Positions 39,210-54,200 of a stretch of 64,000 bases of DNA are shown piece by piece. Positions within the stretch are counted from its first letter, which is position 1, and each line of letters begins with the position of its first letter. Position numbers and translations under genes: made by a program. The DNA comes from an uncultured Candidatus Saccharibacteria bacterium (GTDB taxonomy: Bacteria; Patescibacteriota; WWE3; 2-01-FULL-39-13). The stretch spans positions 140,019 to 204,018 of the forward strand of contig OZ246395.1 of the NCBI GenBank assembly GCA_965230915.1, given 5' to 3'. The notes beneath the pieces are model-generated. The model was not told the origin of the DNA. It made no database searches and saw nothing but the letters and a program-made list of their open reading frames with translations.

Positions 39210-42200
39210 ATGGATACAACGAATCTTGACAATTTAAGAGATGTTAATCGGTTAGTACCAACTGACGAGATTATTAAACTTGCCAAAGATAGTGGAGTTA
39301 AATTCGGTTTCGGAGATGCAAGAAATCGTATCAGATACTTCGTTAAAAATGGGCTTCTTCCTCATCAAGTCCGTAAAGTTTTAGACGGAAAAATTACACC
39401 TCATCTTCCATACTCTGCACTTGAGAGGCTAATTGAAATCCAGGATCTTCAAACTACTTTTAAATATACAATCCCTCAACTTATAGAGCATTTTAATGAC
39501 TCTAACGTAAAGCAAGAGCGTTCAAAGTTTGAAGGATCAACTCCACAACCTATTGATGTTCCTGAAGAAGAGATTGTCGATGAAACAGTAAGTTCCACCT
39601 CTAATACCCCAGTTGCTCCTAATTCCGTGATAGATGCAACAAATGCTGCATCAGCCAATAGCATAGGTTCTGGGGATAATAATTCCTCTGTTATAGAAGA
39701 AGTTAAGCCACAAAAAAATGGTGGTTTTCAACCAATCGTCGGTAGCGAAGCTAGTAAGTTAGAAGTTGCGAATGGGAAGGTAAATGTAGGAGATTTGGCA
39801 AATGATGAGTTAGAAAATAAGACAGCAAAAGAGGTTGCGACAAAGCATGTCGGTAAGTACGCCTTAATTGCAGCTGGATTTTTACTTCTATTAATAGGTG
39901 TCATATCTCCATCGTTAGTAAGTGGTAAAGGTATTAATTTAGGTTGGCTGAAGAACGGGTTAAGTGATAGTTTTGGATTTTTACAAGATAAGGTAAATAA
40001 TGATGAAAATGCTCCTGCTGCTTCGGGCAACTTGGCGCAAAATGTCACAGATAGCACACAGGTAAGCTCAAATACTAATACAACAAATACTCAGGCATCG
40101 GTTTCAATATTTGGAATAAATATTCCAGCATATTTTTCAAATACGACTACATTCGGATCAGATGTCAATTTTGAGGGAAACCTTAATATAGAAAACCAGG
40201 ATATCAATTTGGGAACCGGGTCAATTCTTGCCTCAAATATTATCTACACAATTACGGGTGGAAATGGAATGCAGGTTTCGGCTGGCCAAAACCCTGTAAT
40301 TACAAATACTGGTGTATTAAGTATAGGTGGAGAATCAGGTGACATTGAATTAGCGGCTGGTGAAGGTATTGAAGTTGATGGAACCCAAATTACTAATATA
40401 GGAGTCCTTAGCCTTGGTGGAGAAACAGGTGAGCTTGAATTATCTGCTGGTGCAGATATAGATATAAATGGTTTACAAGTTGCACTTCAACCGGTACTAG
40501 ATACGGTTGAACAGATAAATTTGCCTGCAGATTCTGCAACAGCTTTGAAATTTGGCGGTATTGGAATTGGCCAAGCTGGTACATCGGTTTCTACATCGGG
40601 AGCTTCTTTAATCGGAATATATGACAATTTAGTCAACAGCTCAGCATCGAATCTACAATTGGCAGTTTCGGATATCGATACAGCGATAGGTGATCGCGAT
40701 TATTCGTTCCCACATTACATATCAGACGGACAAACTGTGACAGAAAGTTTAGAAACTTTAGATTCAACAATTTGGGGAATAGTCGGAGGTTCGATTGTCT
40801 GGTTTGATGGGGGCAATTACGTTTATACATCTGATTCTGAATACTTGGGAAATCCAACTAGTGGAGGAGCTAATAAAGTTACTGGGCTTTTCCTAGAAGA
40901 TAATGCCCCTATAACTTTTGGTACAAGCAATAATTTTACTGCTGTATTTGATGGAACACAGTTCGCTATGACGGATGGTTCTAACATTTTTATGAGTTTA
41001 GTTGATAGTGGTGCAAGCGCGAATTTTGCAATTAACAGGGATGACTTATTTGTTGCTCATGACGGTAAGGTAGGTATTGGAACAACTGCCCCGAGTTCTG
41101 CTTTACACGTAATCGGAAGTGCCAATATAACCGGTCAATTAACCTTAGGCAATGTTCCAACTGTAGGCGCTACTTCAACTGTGTTAACAAGCAGCTCTGG
41201 AGTTATTTCAGCTATGGATGTAAGCAGTTGGGATCTTGATTCATCCGATGATGTAACCACATTTTTAGGGTTAACAGATACGCCTGCTTCATATGCAGGG
41301 GCTGCTAATTATTTTGTAAGAGTAAATGGTGGCGGTACTGCATTGCAATTTACTGATTTAAGTGCATGGGATCAGGATTCTTCAGATGATTTAACCGGTT
41401 CAGGTGTAGATAGGTTCATTCCACTTTGGAATTCTGCTTCAGACTTGGTAACGTCTATTTTATATCAGGAAAGTGTGACAAATAATGTCGGTATCGGTAC
41501 TACAGATCCTGAATATGCTCTAGATATCGTAGGCGATATCAATACTTCTACAGATTTATTCGTTAATAATATTGCATTAAGTTCAACCGGGGGAGCAGGT
41601 TTAATTGGGGTTGATAGTACCAACATTGCAAATTCTTCAGCCACTATATTGCAAGATGTTTTAGAGGACCTAGACGCTTCTATCCAAAGCGGCTCACATG
41701 ATCCATTAACTTTAGCTGGCTCTTATGATTACTTAACATTAGATGGTCCGAATCAAGTTCTTACTCTAAATCAGATTGATTTAACAACAGGTACCGGAGA
41801 TGTAACTGGTTTATTAGGCGTGACAAATGGTGGTTTAGGCGCAAATGTATCAGCAGCTGGGGCTGGAGAATTGTTATTCTCGACTTCAACAACTGCTTAC
41901 GATTCTTTAAGTGCCGGATCTTCGAATCAGATTTTATTATCGAATGGAGCAGCTTCTCCTAGCTGGGTTAACTTAAGTACTTTGATTTCAGGGGGGGATG
42001 ATATTAGTGTGACCGGAACTACGTCCTTAACAGTTGCTTTGGAGGATAATATAGATCTTATTTCAGTAAATGCTGCCAGTGATGCGGGTATTAGCTTTTA
42101 TGATAATGGTAGCAACTTAGGTATGTTTATCGAGGATGGTGGTCAGATTGGTGTTGGTAGAACAAATCCTGAATACACATTAGATGTATCTGATACAGGA

Positions 42201-45200
42201 AGATTTGGAGGTCAATTGACATTAGCTTCTGTTCCATCTAGTGCAAGCAATAGCGTTTTAGTATATGGAGCGGGCGGAATTGTTTCACAAAGAGATGCTA
42301 GCGGTTGGGATACAGATGCGTCAAATGATGTCACCACTTTCTTGGGATTAACCGATACACCAAGTACATACGCAGGAAGCGCTAACTATATAGTCCGAGT
42401 TAATGGAGCAACAAACGCACTAGAGTTCTTAGATGCAGCAGGTTGGGATCAAAATGCTGCAGATGACTTAACCATTTCAGGAACAGCAAATCGTTCAGCT
42501 AAATTTAATGCATTAGGAAATAATGTAATGGAAGGATCTATAGATGATCTATATAACGCAGTTGCAGTAACAATTGATGCAAGCGGTAAGGTCGGTATCG
42601 GAACAACTGGCCCACAATTTGCATTAGATGTTGTCGGAAGAATTAGAGCTACAACCGATTTAATGGTTGGATCAGTAAATTTGGCTGACAACTCTTCAGC
42701 TGCAAGCGGAGCATCATTAATAGGAGTATTTGATAATAGCTTAACTTATGTTTCTGGTAATACTAATGTTCAAAGTGCTATTGAGCAATTAGATGCAGCA
42801 ATTGCAACAGCATCAGTCGGTGATATTTCTGCGATCGGTGATGTAACAAGTGGCGATGCGTTTACATCGGGCGGAACACAGGGAACAAGTTTATGGTTCT
42901 ATGATGCAGATGGAAGAGGTCAATTAACAATTGCTAACTTAACAGGACCACAGACATACACATTGCCGGACGCTAGCGGTGAGATTTCATTATTGGGTCA
43001 AACAATTGCAAACAACGAATTAGTAAATTCAGATATCACATTCAATGGTGATTCGGGTTCCGCCGCTATCTCCTTGGGCGGGGATTTTGACGTGATCGGC
43101 GGACCCGGAATCAGCACTTCAATATCAGCTACAACACTAACAATTACTAATACTGATTTAGGATCTACACAAAACATCTTCAAGAATATAGCTGTATCTG
43201 GCCAAAACACAGTTGTTGCAGATGCTAACAACGACACAATGACCCTAGTTGCAGGTACAAACGTAACTATTACAACAGACGATACAACTGATTCCGTAAC
43301 AATAAATGCAACAGATACTAATACAACATATACAGCAGGCAACGGTTTAACTTTAGCCGGAACAACATTCAAGTTCGGTGGAACAATTAGCGAAGATACA
43401 AGACTATTTAGTGCTACATCTGGAGAGATTCTATTTGTAAACGATACAACCGGAAATATTGGTTTGGGTATGACAGCTCCAGGCTACAAGTTAGATATAA
43501 ATGGAACAGCTAGAGTAGGCGGTCAATTAACATTAAGCAATGTTCCTTCCACATCTAATAATAATTTAGTGTTAACAGTAAACGGTGGAGTTGTTAGCTC
43601 TATAGATACAAGCGCGTGGGATACAAATGCGTCAAATGATGTCACTACTTTCTTGGGATTAACAGATGCTCCTGACTCATACACAGGCAGCGAGACTTAT
43701 TTAGTAAGAGTAAAGGCAGATGGAACAGGCTTAGAATTTGTAGATCCTGCGACAGTAGGCGGAGTTAACTCAGTCACAAATAGTGATGGAACATTAACAA
43801 TCTCTCCAACAACCGGAGCTGTTGTTGCTTCATTAAATTTAAATCAAGCAAACGCTTGGCTAGCTGCTCAAACATTTAGTGCCAATACATATTTTGGTGG
43901 AAATGGAATTTGGAGTTCTACAGGTGATGTCGGTATCGGTACAACTGCACCAGCATATAAACTTGATGTTGTTGGTGGAATTAGAACAACAACAGACTTG
44001 TTTGTAGGCAATATTGGATTAGGAACAACACAGCCTACAGGCTCAGGAGCTTCACTAGTTGGCGTTTATAATGGAAACTTAACAAACTCTATTGCTACAA
44101 ATGTTCAGTCTGTATTAGAGGATTTAGATGCTGCAATAGCAGGTTCTTCACACGATGCAGTTACATTAGCAGGTGCATACGATTACTTAACATTAAGTGG
44201 CCAACAGATTACATTGCAACAGATTGATTTAACTGAGGATGTAATAGGAGTATTGCCAACCTCAAATGGCGGTACCGGGCTAAATATTGATCCTACTGCA
44301 ATTGCTGACGGCCAGATTTTAATTGGAAACAATGCTGGTGACACATTTAGCTTAGCTACTATAACTCAAGGAACAGGTATTTCTATAACAAACGGTTCAG
44401 GAACAATTACTATTGCCAACTCTGACTTGGGTTCTAGCCAAAATATCTTTAAGAATATAGCTGTAAATGATCAAGGAACTGTGTCAACTGATACAAACAA
44501 TGACACTTTGACATTAGTCGCAGGAACAAACGTAAGTATTACAACCGATACCGGATCAGATTCAATAACAATTAACGCTACCGACACAGATACAACATAC
44601 ACAGCAGGCAATGGTTTAACTTTAGCAGGAACAACCTTCAAATTCGGTGGAACAATAACAGAGCCTACAAGATTAGCTGATGGCTCATTCGAATATCTAT
44701 TCTTAAATAATGCAAATGGAAGAGTAGGTATTGGAACAACTAACTCAGGTAGCAAGCTATCGGTAAGCGGTAACCAATCTATCGGTTCTACATATGCATT
44801 ATTGGCGGCTCCAACTAATGGATTAATCGTAGAAGGAAATACAGGAATCGGAGTAACGGCAACTATCTACCAATTAGAAGTTGGCGGAACAGCGGCTGTA
44901 CAAAACCTAGTATTAGGTGGAACACAAATAACAACAACTGGAACCGAAATTAATTTACTAAGCGGATTAACATCGACTTCAACAGAACTGAACTACCTAG
45001 ACGGAACAACAGTTCCAGCTGGTGCAGTGATGTTCGGAGACGGAACAAAGATTACAAATGATATTTCTAATTTCTTCTTTAATGATTCAACAAACAGATT
45101 AGGTTTGGGAACATCATCTCCAGATGCGACAATCGATGTCGCCGGTACAGCATGGTTACGAGGTAATTTATCCGCAGAAGGTTTATATGTTAACTCATCA

Positions 45201-48200
45201 GGTAATGTCGGAATCGGCGGAACAGCTGCTACTAGTGCTCCATTCTTCTTTAATACTTCGAGCGGATTTGCTACTAACTTAAGTTCAGCAACAGCATTAA
45301 CAGTTGGAGCAAACGGAACAGCATATGCAACATTTGATACTACACTTGGTTCTTCTAGTGACTTATTAAGCCTAAATGCTCCTGCTGGAAGCACATTAGG
45401 AAACTTATTTGCGATTTATGATAATGGTTCTCCGGTATTTAAGGTTTCACAGAACCAAATCGAGTCGGCTGTTCCACATACATTTACAGCAGCAGGTGAT
45501 GTTTCGATGTCTTATGATTTGAATTTCACCAACCCAACGGCTGCATATATAAACTTTGATGGTCCTGGTTATATCAGAACGAATAATCCAAGCGGCAACT
45601 ATGATTTAACATTAAGCGCAGCTAATAGCGGAGTGGTTTATATCGATGACAACTTAACAATTAGCGGAACTCAATTAACATTAACAAATGCTGCTGCATT
45701 AGACTTAGCGGCGTCGACAACAGCTCTAAATATCGAAAATGGTTTATTGAACTTAGATTCTACAAATGCAAGAGTTGGAATCGGAACAACAGTTCCAGGA
45801 TCTACATTATCTGTTGCAGGTAATCAAGCTATCGGTGCAACTTATGCAAGATTAGCAGCCCCAACAAACGGATTAATAGTGGAAGGTAACGTCGGAATTG
45901 GATTTACTGCAACAAACTACAAGTTGGCAGTAGCTGGAACAGCAGCAGTTTCTAATTTTGTACTTGGCGGAACACAAATCACAGCAACTGGCGCAGAAAT
46001 TAACTTACTAAGCGGATTAACTTCTACATCAAGCGAGCTTAACTACTTAGATGGAACAACCGTTGTAGCAGGTGGAGTAATGTTTGGAGATGGAACAAAG
46101 ATTGCCCAGGATACATCTAATTTCTTCTTTGATAGCGCAAGTAAGAGATTAGCAATCGGAACATCAGCAGCAAATAGCGGTTTAACAGTAATGGGATCAG
46201 GATCATTCGGCGCTGGTTATTCAAATATCGGAATTTCAGCTCCATTAAATGGCTTACTAGTGCAAGGAAATGTCGGAATCGGAATGACAAATCCTGGAGC
46301 ATTCGCTCTTAATGTAAACGGAAACATCAAGACTTCTGGCGACCTATTCATCGGAAACATCGGACTTGGAACAACAAATAGCGCAACTTCATCAGGAGCA
46401 TATTTAGTAGGAGTATTTGACGAATTTGATAACTCTAACTCTACAAATGTTCAGGCTGTATTAAACGATTTAGACGCAGCAATTGCTTCATCTGCGGGAG
46501 GATCAATTACTGGAATCGGCGACGTATCCTCAGGAGATGCATTTACAGCAGGTGGAACAAGCGGAACATCGCTATGGTTCTATGATCCACAAGGCCGTGG
46601 CCAATTAACAATCGCCAACTTAACAGGTGCACAAACATATACACTTCCAGATGCTAGTGGAGAGATCTCATTATTAGGTCAGACAATCGGTAATGCAGAA
46701 TTAGATAATTCAACAATTACATTTAATGCAGATACAGGTACTGTTGCATCAGCATTGGGTGATAGCTTCGCAATAAATGGAGGACCAGGTATAAGTACAG
46801 AAATCTCTGGAACAACATTAACAATCACAAATACAGACCTAGGCTCAAGCCAAAATATCTTTAAGAACATTTCGGTAAGCGGTCAAGGAACTGTATCTAC
46901 CGATACAAATAACGACACTTTGACATTAGTTGCAGGCACAAATGTAACTATAACTACTGATACAGGTTCGGATTCGATAACAATTAATGCAACAGACACA
47001 AATACAACATATACGGCTGGTAATGGTTTAACCTTAGCTACCACCACATTTAAGCTAGGTGGAACCATTACCGAAGACACAAGGCTTGCAAACGGTTCGT
47101 TTGACTACATCTTCTTAAATAACTCGGACGGAAACGTCGGTATTGGAACAACTGGTCCATTGTTTAAATTAGATGTAAACGGAACCGCAAGATTTACAGG
47201 AAACGTAACATTGGGTTCTGTTCCTGCTGATTCAAGTAACAACGTATTGGTATTAGATGGAAGCGGAGTTGTTTCTCAAAGAGATATAAGTGCATTCGAC
47301 CAAAATGCGTCAGATGATGTCACTACATTCCTAGGATTAACGGATACTCCAAGCTCATATACCGGAAATGAAACATACTTAGTAAGAGTGAATGCAGCAG
47401 GTAATGCTTTAGAATTTATCGACCCAACTACAGTAGGTGGAGTTAACTCAGTTGCAAATAGTGATGGAACATTAACAATCTCTCCAACAACAGGAAATGT
47501 AGTGGCTTCAATTAATTTAAACAACGCAAATGTATGGACAGGAAGCCAAACATTTAGCGCAAATACATACTTCCCAGGTAGCGGAGTTTGGGACACATCT
47601 GGCGATGTTGGAATTGGAACGACAGATCCACAATATAAATTGGATGTGGCTGGCTCTATAAATGTACTGGGCTTCTATCTATCAGGTGTTGCGCTTACTT
47701 CTTCTGCAGATGAATTAAACATTTTAGATGGAGCAACTCTTTCGACTTCTGAACTGAATATCTTAGACGGCGTTACTTCTACGGCAGCTGAAATTAATTA
47801 CCTAGATAACTCGACTGTATTAGCAGGAGGAATGGTGTTCGGAAATGGAACTAACTTTACACAAGATGTTTCAAACGTTTTCTACAATTCAACAACAAAG
47901 AGACTTGGAATCGGAACATCAACACCTGGAAACACTTTAGGTGTTGCCGGCGCAGCCGCAATCGGATCAGGTTACGCAGGAACTGGAATTTCTGCTCCGG
48001 CAAACGGCTTACTGGTACAAGGTAATGTCGGAATTGGAACAACTAATCCTGCATTCAAACTTGATGTAAATGGAGATATAAGAGTTGTCTCTGGTTCAGA
48101 TTTATATATCGGTGCAATCGGAATGAACGATAATGCATCGTTATCATCGGGAGCTTCATTGATCGGCTTATATGACGATTCAATGACATATATAAGTGGA

Positions 48201-51200
48201 AATACAACAGTTCAGGATGCAATAAAACAATTAGATACCGCAATCGCATCGGCAGCAACCGGAGACATAACTGCAATCGGTGACGTAGCAAGTGGCGCAG
48301 CATTCACATCAGGTGGAACACAGGGTACAAGTTTATGGTTCTACGATCCACAAGGTCGCGGTCAATTAACGATCGCAAACTTAACAGGTGACCAGACATA
48401 CACATTGCCAGACGCATCAGGAGAAATTTCATTACTTGGTCAGACGATAGGTAATTCAGAGCTTGAAAATTCAACAATCACATTCGCAGGTGATACAGGC
48501 TCTAATGCATCAGCCCTTGGAACAACATTCAATATCGTAGGCGGAACCGGAATCGGAACATCAGTAGGAGGAAACAACGTGTCGATCATAAACACCGATC
48601 GTGGTTCATCACAGAGTATATTCAAGAACTTCGCAGTAAGCGGTCAAAACACAGTAGTTGCAGATGCAAACAACGACACCTTAACACTAGCCGCCGGATC
48701 AAACATAACTATCACAACAAATGACACAACAGACACAATTACAATTGCTGCAACCGATACAAATACAACATACACAGCAGGCAACGGTTTAACATTGGCT
48801 ACAACTCAATTCAAGTTAGGTGGTCAAATAACAGAGCCAACAAGATTATTCGACGGGTCAAACGAATACTTATACATCAACCCTAATACAGGAAATCTTG
48901 GTATTGGTACAACAAATTCAGGCTACAAACTAGAAGTTAACGGAACATTCAATGCTGCAAGCGGATTCTACTTAGCAGGCTCACAAGTAACATCAAATGC
49001 ATCCGAATTAAATATATTAGACGGAGCAACACTAAATACAACAGAGCTTAACTACCTAGACGGCACAACTGTTGTAGCGGGAGGAATAACATTCGGAAAC
49101 GGTTCATATATCGCTCAAGATCCAGCTGATTTCTTCTGGAACAACACCTCAAACAGATTAGGTTTAGGAACATCTGCTCCAACAACTACATTAGATGTTG
49201 CAGGAACCTTTAGAGTAACAGGGAACACAACATTAGGCGATGCATCAGGTGATACGGTAACTTCAAACGCTGCTTCTTGGATATTCGCAAATGCAACAAC
49301 AATCGATTTAGCAAATTCAACAGCTGCATTAAGTATTGAAGGCGGATTATTAGGATTTGACTCGTCAAATGGAAGAATCGGAATCGGAACTACAGCTCCA
49401 AGTAAAACACTAGATGTGATTGGTGGAATAAGAACAACAGATGATTTATACGTAGGATTAATCGGTCTAAATGATAACGGATCAACATCATCAGGATCTT
49501 CATTAATCGGCTTATACGACAATAGCTTAGTTTACATTTCCGGAAATACTACAGTTCAAAGTGCGATCGAGCAGTTAGATGCAGCAATTGCAACAACCGC
49601 AGGTAATCAACACGATCCTGTAACCCTTGCAGGTTCACTAGCCTACTTAACATTAAATGACCAAGAAATAACTTTGAATGCGATTGACTTAACAACCGAT
49701 GTATCTGGAGTTCTTCCATTGGAAAATGGGGGAACAGGCAAGAATATCGACGGAACTGCAATTACAAATGGCCAGATTTTAATTGGGAATGCTACTACCG
49801 ACGGATTCGACCTTGCAACAATAACTCAAGGAACCGGTATTTCTGTAACAAATGGAGCAGGTTCAATCACAATTACAAATACCGATTTAGGATCAAGCCA
49901 GAATATCTTTAAGAATATAGCTGTAAATGATCAAGGAACTGTGTCAACTGATACAAACAATGACACATTAACATTAGTCGCTGGAACAAACGTAACGATC
50001 ACAACCGATGACACAACAGACTCAATAACAATTAACGCTACAGATACAAACACAACATACACAGCAGGCAATGGATTAACTTTAGCGGGAACAGTATTCA
50101 AGTTTGGTGGAACAATAACAGAACCAACAAGATTAGCTGACGGTTCATTTGAATACCTATTCTTAAATAATGCAAATGGAAGAGTAGGTATAGGAACAAC
50201 TAACTCAGGTAGCAAGCTTGGTATAGCCGGAAACGTAGGTATCGGAAACTCATATGCAACATATGCCGCTCCAGCTAATGGATTGATAGTAGAAGGTAAC
50301 ATTGGAGTTGGATTTACAGCTACAAATTATAAACTCGGTGTAAACGGAACAGCAGCTGTTTCAAACCTAGTACTTGGCGGAACACAGATTACAGCTACAG
50401 GTACAGAGATTAACAAATTAAGTGGATTAACTTCATCAACTGCAGAATTAAATATATTAACAGGCGTCACAACAAACGCTACAGAACTTAATTATCTAAC
50501 CGGATCATCAGTAGTATCTGGCGGAATAGTTTTTGGGGATGGAAGCAAATTCACACAAGATGCTGCTAACTTATTCTTCAATAACACATCAAAGAATTTA
50601 TCAATTGGTTCAACCGCAGGTGGTAGCAGACTTTCAGTAAATGGTGGAGCAGCAATCGGTTCTGGCTATATCGGAACAGCACTTTCAGCTCCAACAAACG
50701 GACTTCTTGTTCAAGGAAATGTTGGAATTGGAACAACAAACCCAGGAACTTATGCATTGAACGTAAATGGAACTGCAAATGCAAATGCATTATCAATTGG
50801 TAACTTACTATTATCAGCAAATTCAACTGCTACATCAGGCGGAACTTTAGTCGGAATTAATGACAACTCATTAACATATGTTTCTGCTAATACAAATGTC
50901 CAATCAGCAATCGAACAATTAGACGCAGCAATGTCATCAAACTTTAGCGGAGTAATAACAGCAATTGGTGATGTAACAGCAGGGGACGCATTCACATCAG
51001 GTGGGACACAAGGTACAAGCCTATGGTTCTACGATGCACAGGGCCGTGGCCAATTAACAATTGCTGATTTAACAAGTGCAAGAACATACACATTGCCAGA
51101 TGCCAGTGGGGAAATTTCATTACTAGGACAAACAATTTCTAATGCTGAGCTAGATAATTCAACAATCACATTCGCAGGGGACACAGGTTCAAATGCTTCA

Positions 51201-54200
51201 GCATTAGGAACAACATTCAACATCGTAGGTGGAACCGGCATCGGAACATCAGTTGGAGGAAACAACGTGTCGATCATAAACACTGATCGTGGCTCTTCAC
51301 AAAATATCTTCAAGAACTTTGCAGTAAGCGGTCAAAACACAGTATCAACCGATACAAACAACGACACATTAACATTAGTCGCTGGAACAAATGTAACAAT
51401 CACAACCGATGACACAACAGACTCAGTAACAATTAACGCTACAGATACAAATACAACATATACAGCAGGCAACGGTTTAACTTTAGCCGGAACAACCTTC
51501 AAGTTTGGTGGAACAATAACAGAGCCTACAAGATTAGCCGATGGTTCTTTTGAATACTTATTCTTAAATAACGGAAATGGAAGAGTGGGTATTGGCGCTA
51601 CAAACTCAGGAAGCAAATTATCAGTAGCTGGAAACGTAGGTATCGGAAACTCATATGCAACATATGCAGCTCCAGCAAACGGATTAATCGTAGAAGGCAA
51701 CACCGGTTTAGGAGTAACAGCTACAAACTTCAAGCTAGAGGTTGGAGGAACAGCAGCTGTTAAGAACTTAGTATTGGGTGGAACTCAAATAACAGCAACA
51801 GGAACTGAATTAAACAAACTAACAGGAGCAACACTATCAACAACAGAATTAAATTATCTAACAGGCACCACTGTTACATCAGGTGGAGTTCTATTCGGGG
51901 ACGGAACAAAGATTACTAACGATTCAGCTAACTTCTTCTGGAACGATTCAACAAATAGATTGGGTTTAGGGACAACAGCTCCTGGTCAGCAATTAGAATT
52001 AACTGGAAATATATTGTTACAAGGTAGCGGAAAGATTTACTTTGACGGTCCTGCATCAACCAACTATTCGATCTCGAGAAGTGCAAATAGATTCAGATTA
52101 GATTCTGCAGATTCATTTACTATTGGTTTAGACTCAACTGGATTAACGGGTGATGCTTTCTTAAATATAACTGACAGAAATGTTTCAAGAGTTTACATGG
52201 ATGCAAATGGTTTATTTGGAATCGGAACATCCGCTCCAGAAAGCTTGTTAACAGTTAAAGGAAATGCATCTATTGGTTCGGGTTATACAGGAATCGGAAT
52301 TTCATCCCCGTTAAATGGATTATTAGTTCAAGGTAACGTCGGAATCGGAAACACAAACCCAGGTGCATATGCATTAAATGTAACCGGAAACCAAAATATC
52401 AGCGGAACACTAACACTTGGGACAGTTAACTCAACATCAAACAACAATCAGGTACTAACAGTAAATAATGGGGTTGTTAGCTACATCGATACAAGCGGAT
52501 GGGATACAAACGCTTCAAATGATATTTCAACATTCTTAGGATTAACAGATACTCCAAGCTCATACAGCGGGGTTGGTAGCCAATTTGTAAGGGTGAACGC
52601 AGGTGAATCAGCTTTAGAATTCGTCGACTTATCAGCATGGGATCAAAATGCTGCAGATGATTTAACAATCTCTGGAACCGATAATAGAATCGCAAGGTTC
52701 AATGCGGCAGGTAATAACGTAGAAAATTCATCAATCGATGACGCATACACAGGTGGAGTTGCTCTAAGAATATTTGCAAATGGAACAATCGGAATCGGAG
52801 TAACTGCAACCAATTATCAATTAGCCGTCGGTGGAACTGCTTCGGTTTCAAACCTTGTATTAGGCGGAACTCAATTAACTGTAACTGGAACAGAATTAAA
52901 TCTATTAAGCGGATTAACCGCAACTTCATCCGAACTAAACATCTTAGACGGAGCAACATTATCAACGGCTGAATTAAATATTCTTGATGGCGCGACAGTT
53001 ACAGCTGCAGAACTTAATTACTTAGATAATTCATCAGTATTAGCAGGCGGATTAGTATTTGGAAACAACAGCAACTTTACACAAGATGTAGCAAATATTT
53101 TCTGGAACGATTCAACAAAGAGGTTAGGAATTGGAACATCGGCTCCAGGCCAAACATTATCAGTTGCTGGAACATTCGGTATAAAAGAAGGCGGATCATC
53201 TCCACATTTCTTTACAGCATTCCAGGGCGGAGACCAAAGCGCAGATATAACTTACACATTGCCAGTTGATGACGGATCAAGCGACTACGTTTTAGTAACC
53301 GATGGAAATGGAGTTCTTAGCTGGCAATCAGTCGGCGGAGTAGGTGCAGGAACCGGAGATATAACAGCAGTAATTGCTGGCGGAGGTTTATCTGGTGGAG
53401 CTTCAACAGGTGACGCAACACTCGATATCGGAGCTGGAAACGGTATCACTGTAAATGCAGATGATATTGCTATAAAGCTTGCAATATCATCAGGTGTTGG
53501 TGCAACAGCTTCATACTCCGGATTAGAAGTAAATTCAAACGGATTAAGTATGTTAACAGGTTGCGGTCAGGGCGAAATTTTAACTTGGGATGATTCCAAT
53601 AACATCTGGAAATGCGCTTCTATCGCATCATCAGGCGGAATAACTGGAACAGGTACAGCTAACTATGTTCCTTTATGGAATACATCATCAGATTTAACAA
53701 ATTCAGTAATCTATCAAACAGGTTCTAGTTTAGGAATTGGAACAACTGTCCCTGGAAGCAATCTATCAGTAAGCGGAAATCAGGCTATTGGTGCTTTATA
53801 TTCACGATATGCAGCTCCAGCGAATGGATTAATCGTAGAAGGTAACGTTGGAATCGGTTATACAGCTACAAATTACAAACTTGCAGTAGCTGGAACGGCA
53901 GCATTCAGCAACTTAGTACTTGGTGGAACACAAATTACAGCAACTGGAACAGAAATCAATAAATTAGCTGGCTTAACATCATCGACATCTGAACTAAACA
54001 TTTTAACTGGAGTAACTGCAAATGCTACAGAAATAAATTACCTAGATAATTCAAGCGTATTGGCAGGCGGATTAGTATTTGGAAACGGATCGAACTTTAC
54101 ACAAGATGTCGGAAGTATTTTCTTTGATTCAACAAATAAGAGATTGGGAGTCGGAACTTCAGCCCCAACAAGTGCTTTATCAGTAAATGGTGGAGCTGCA

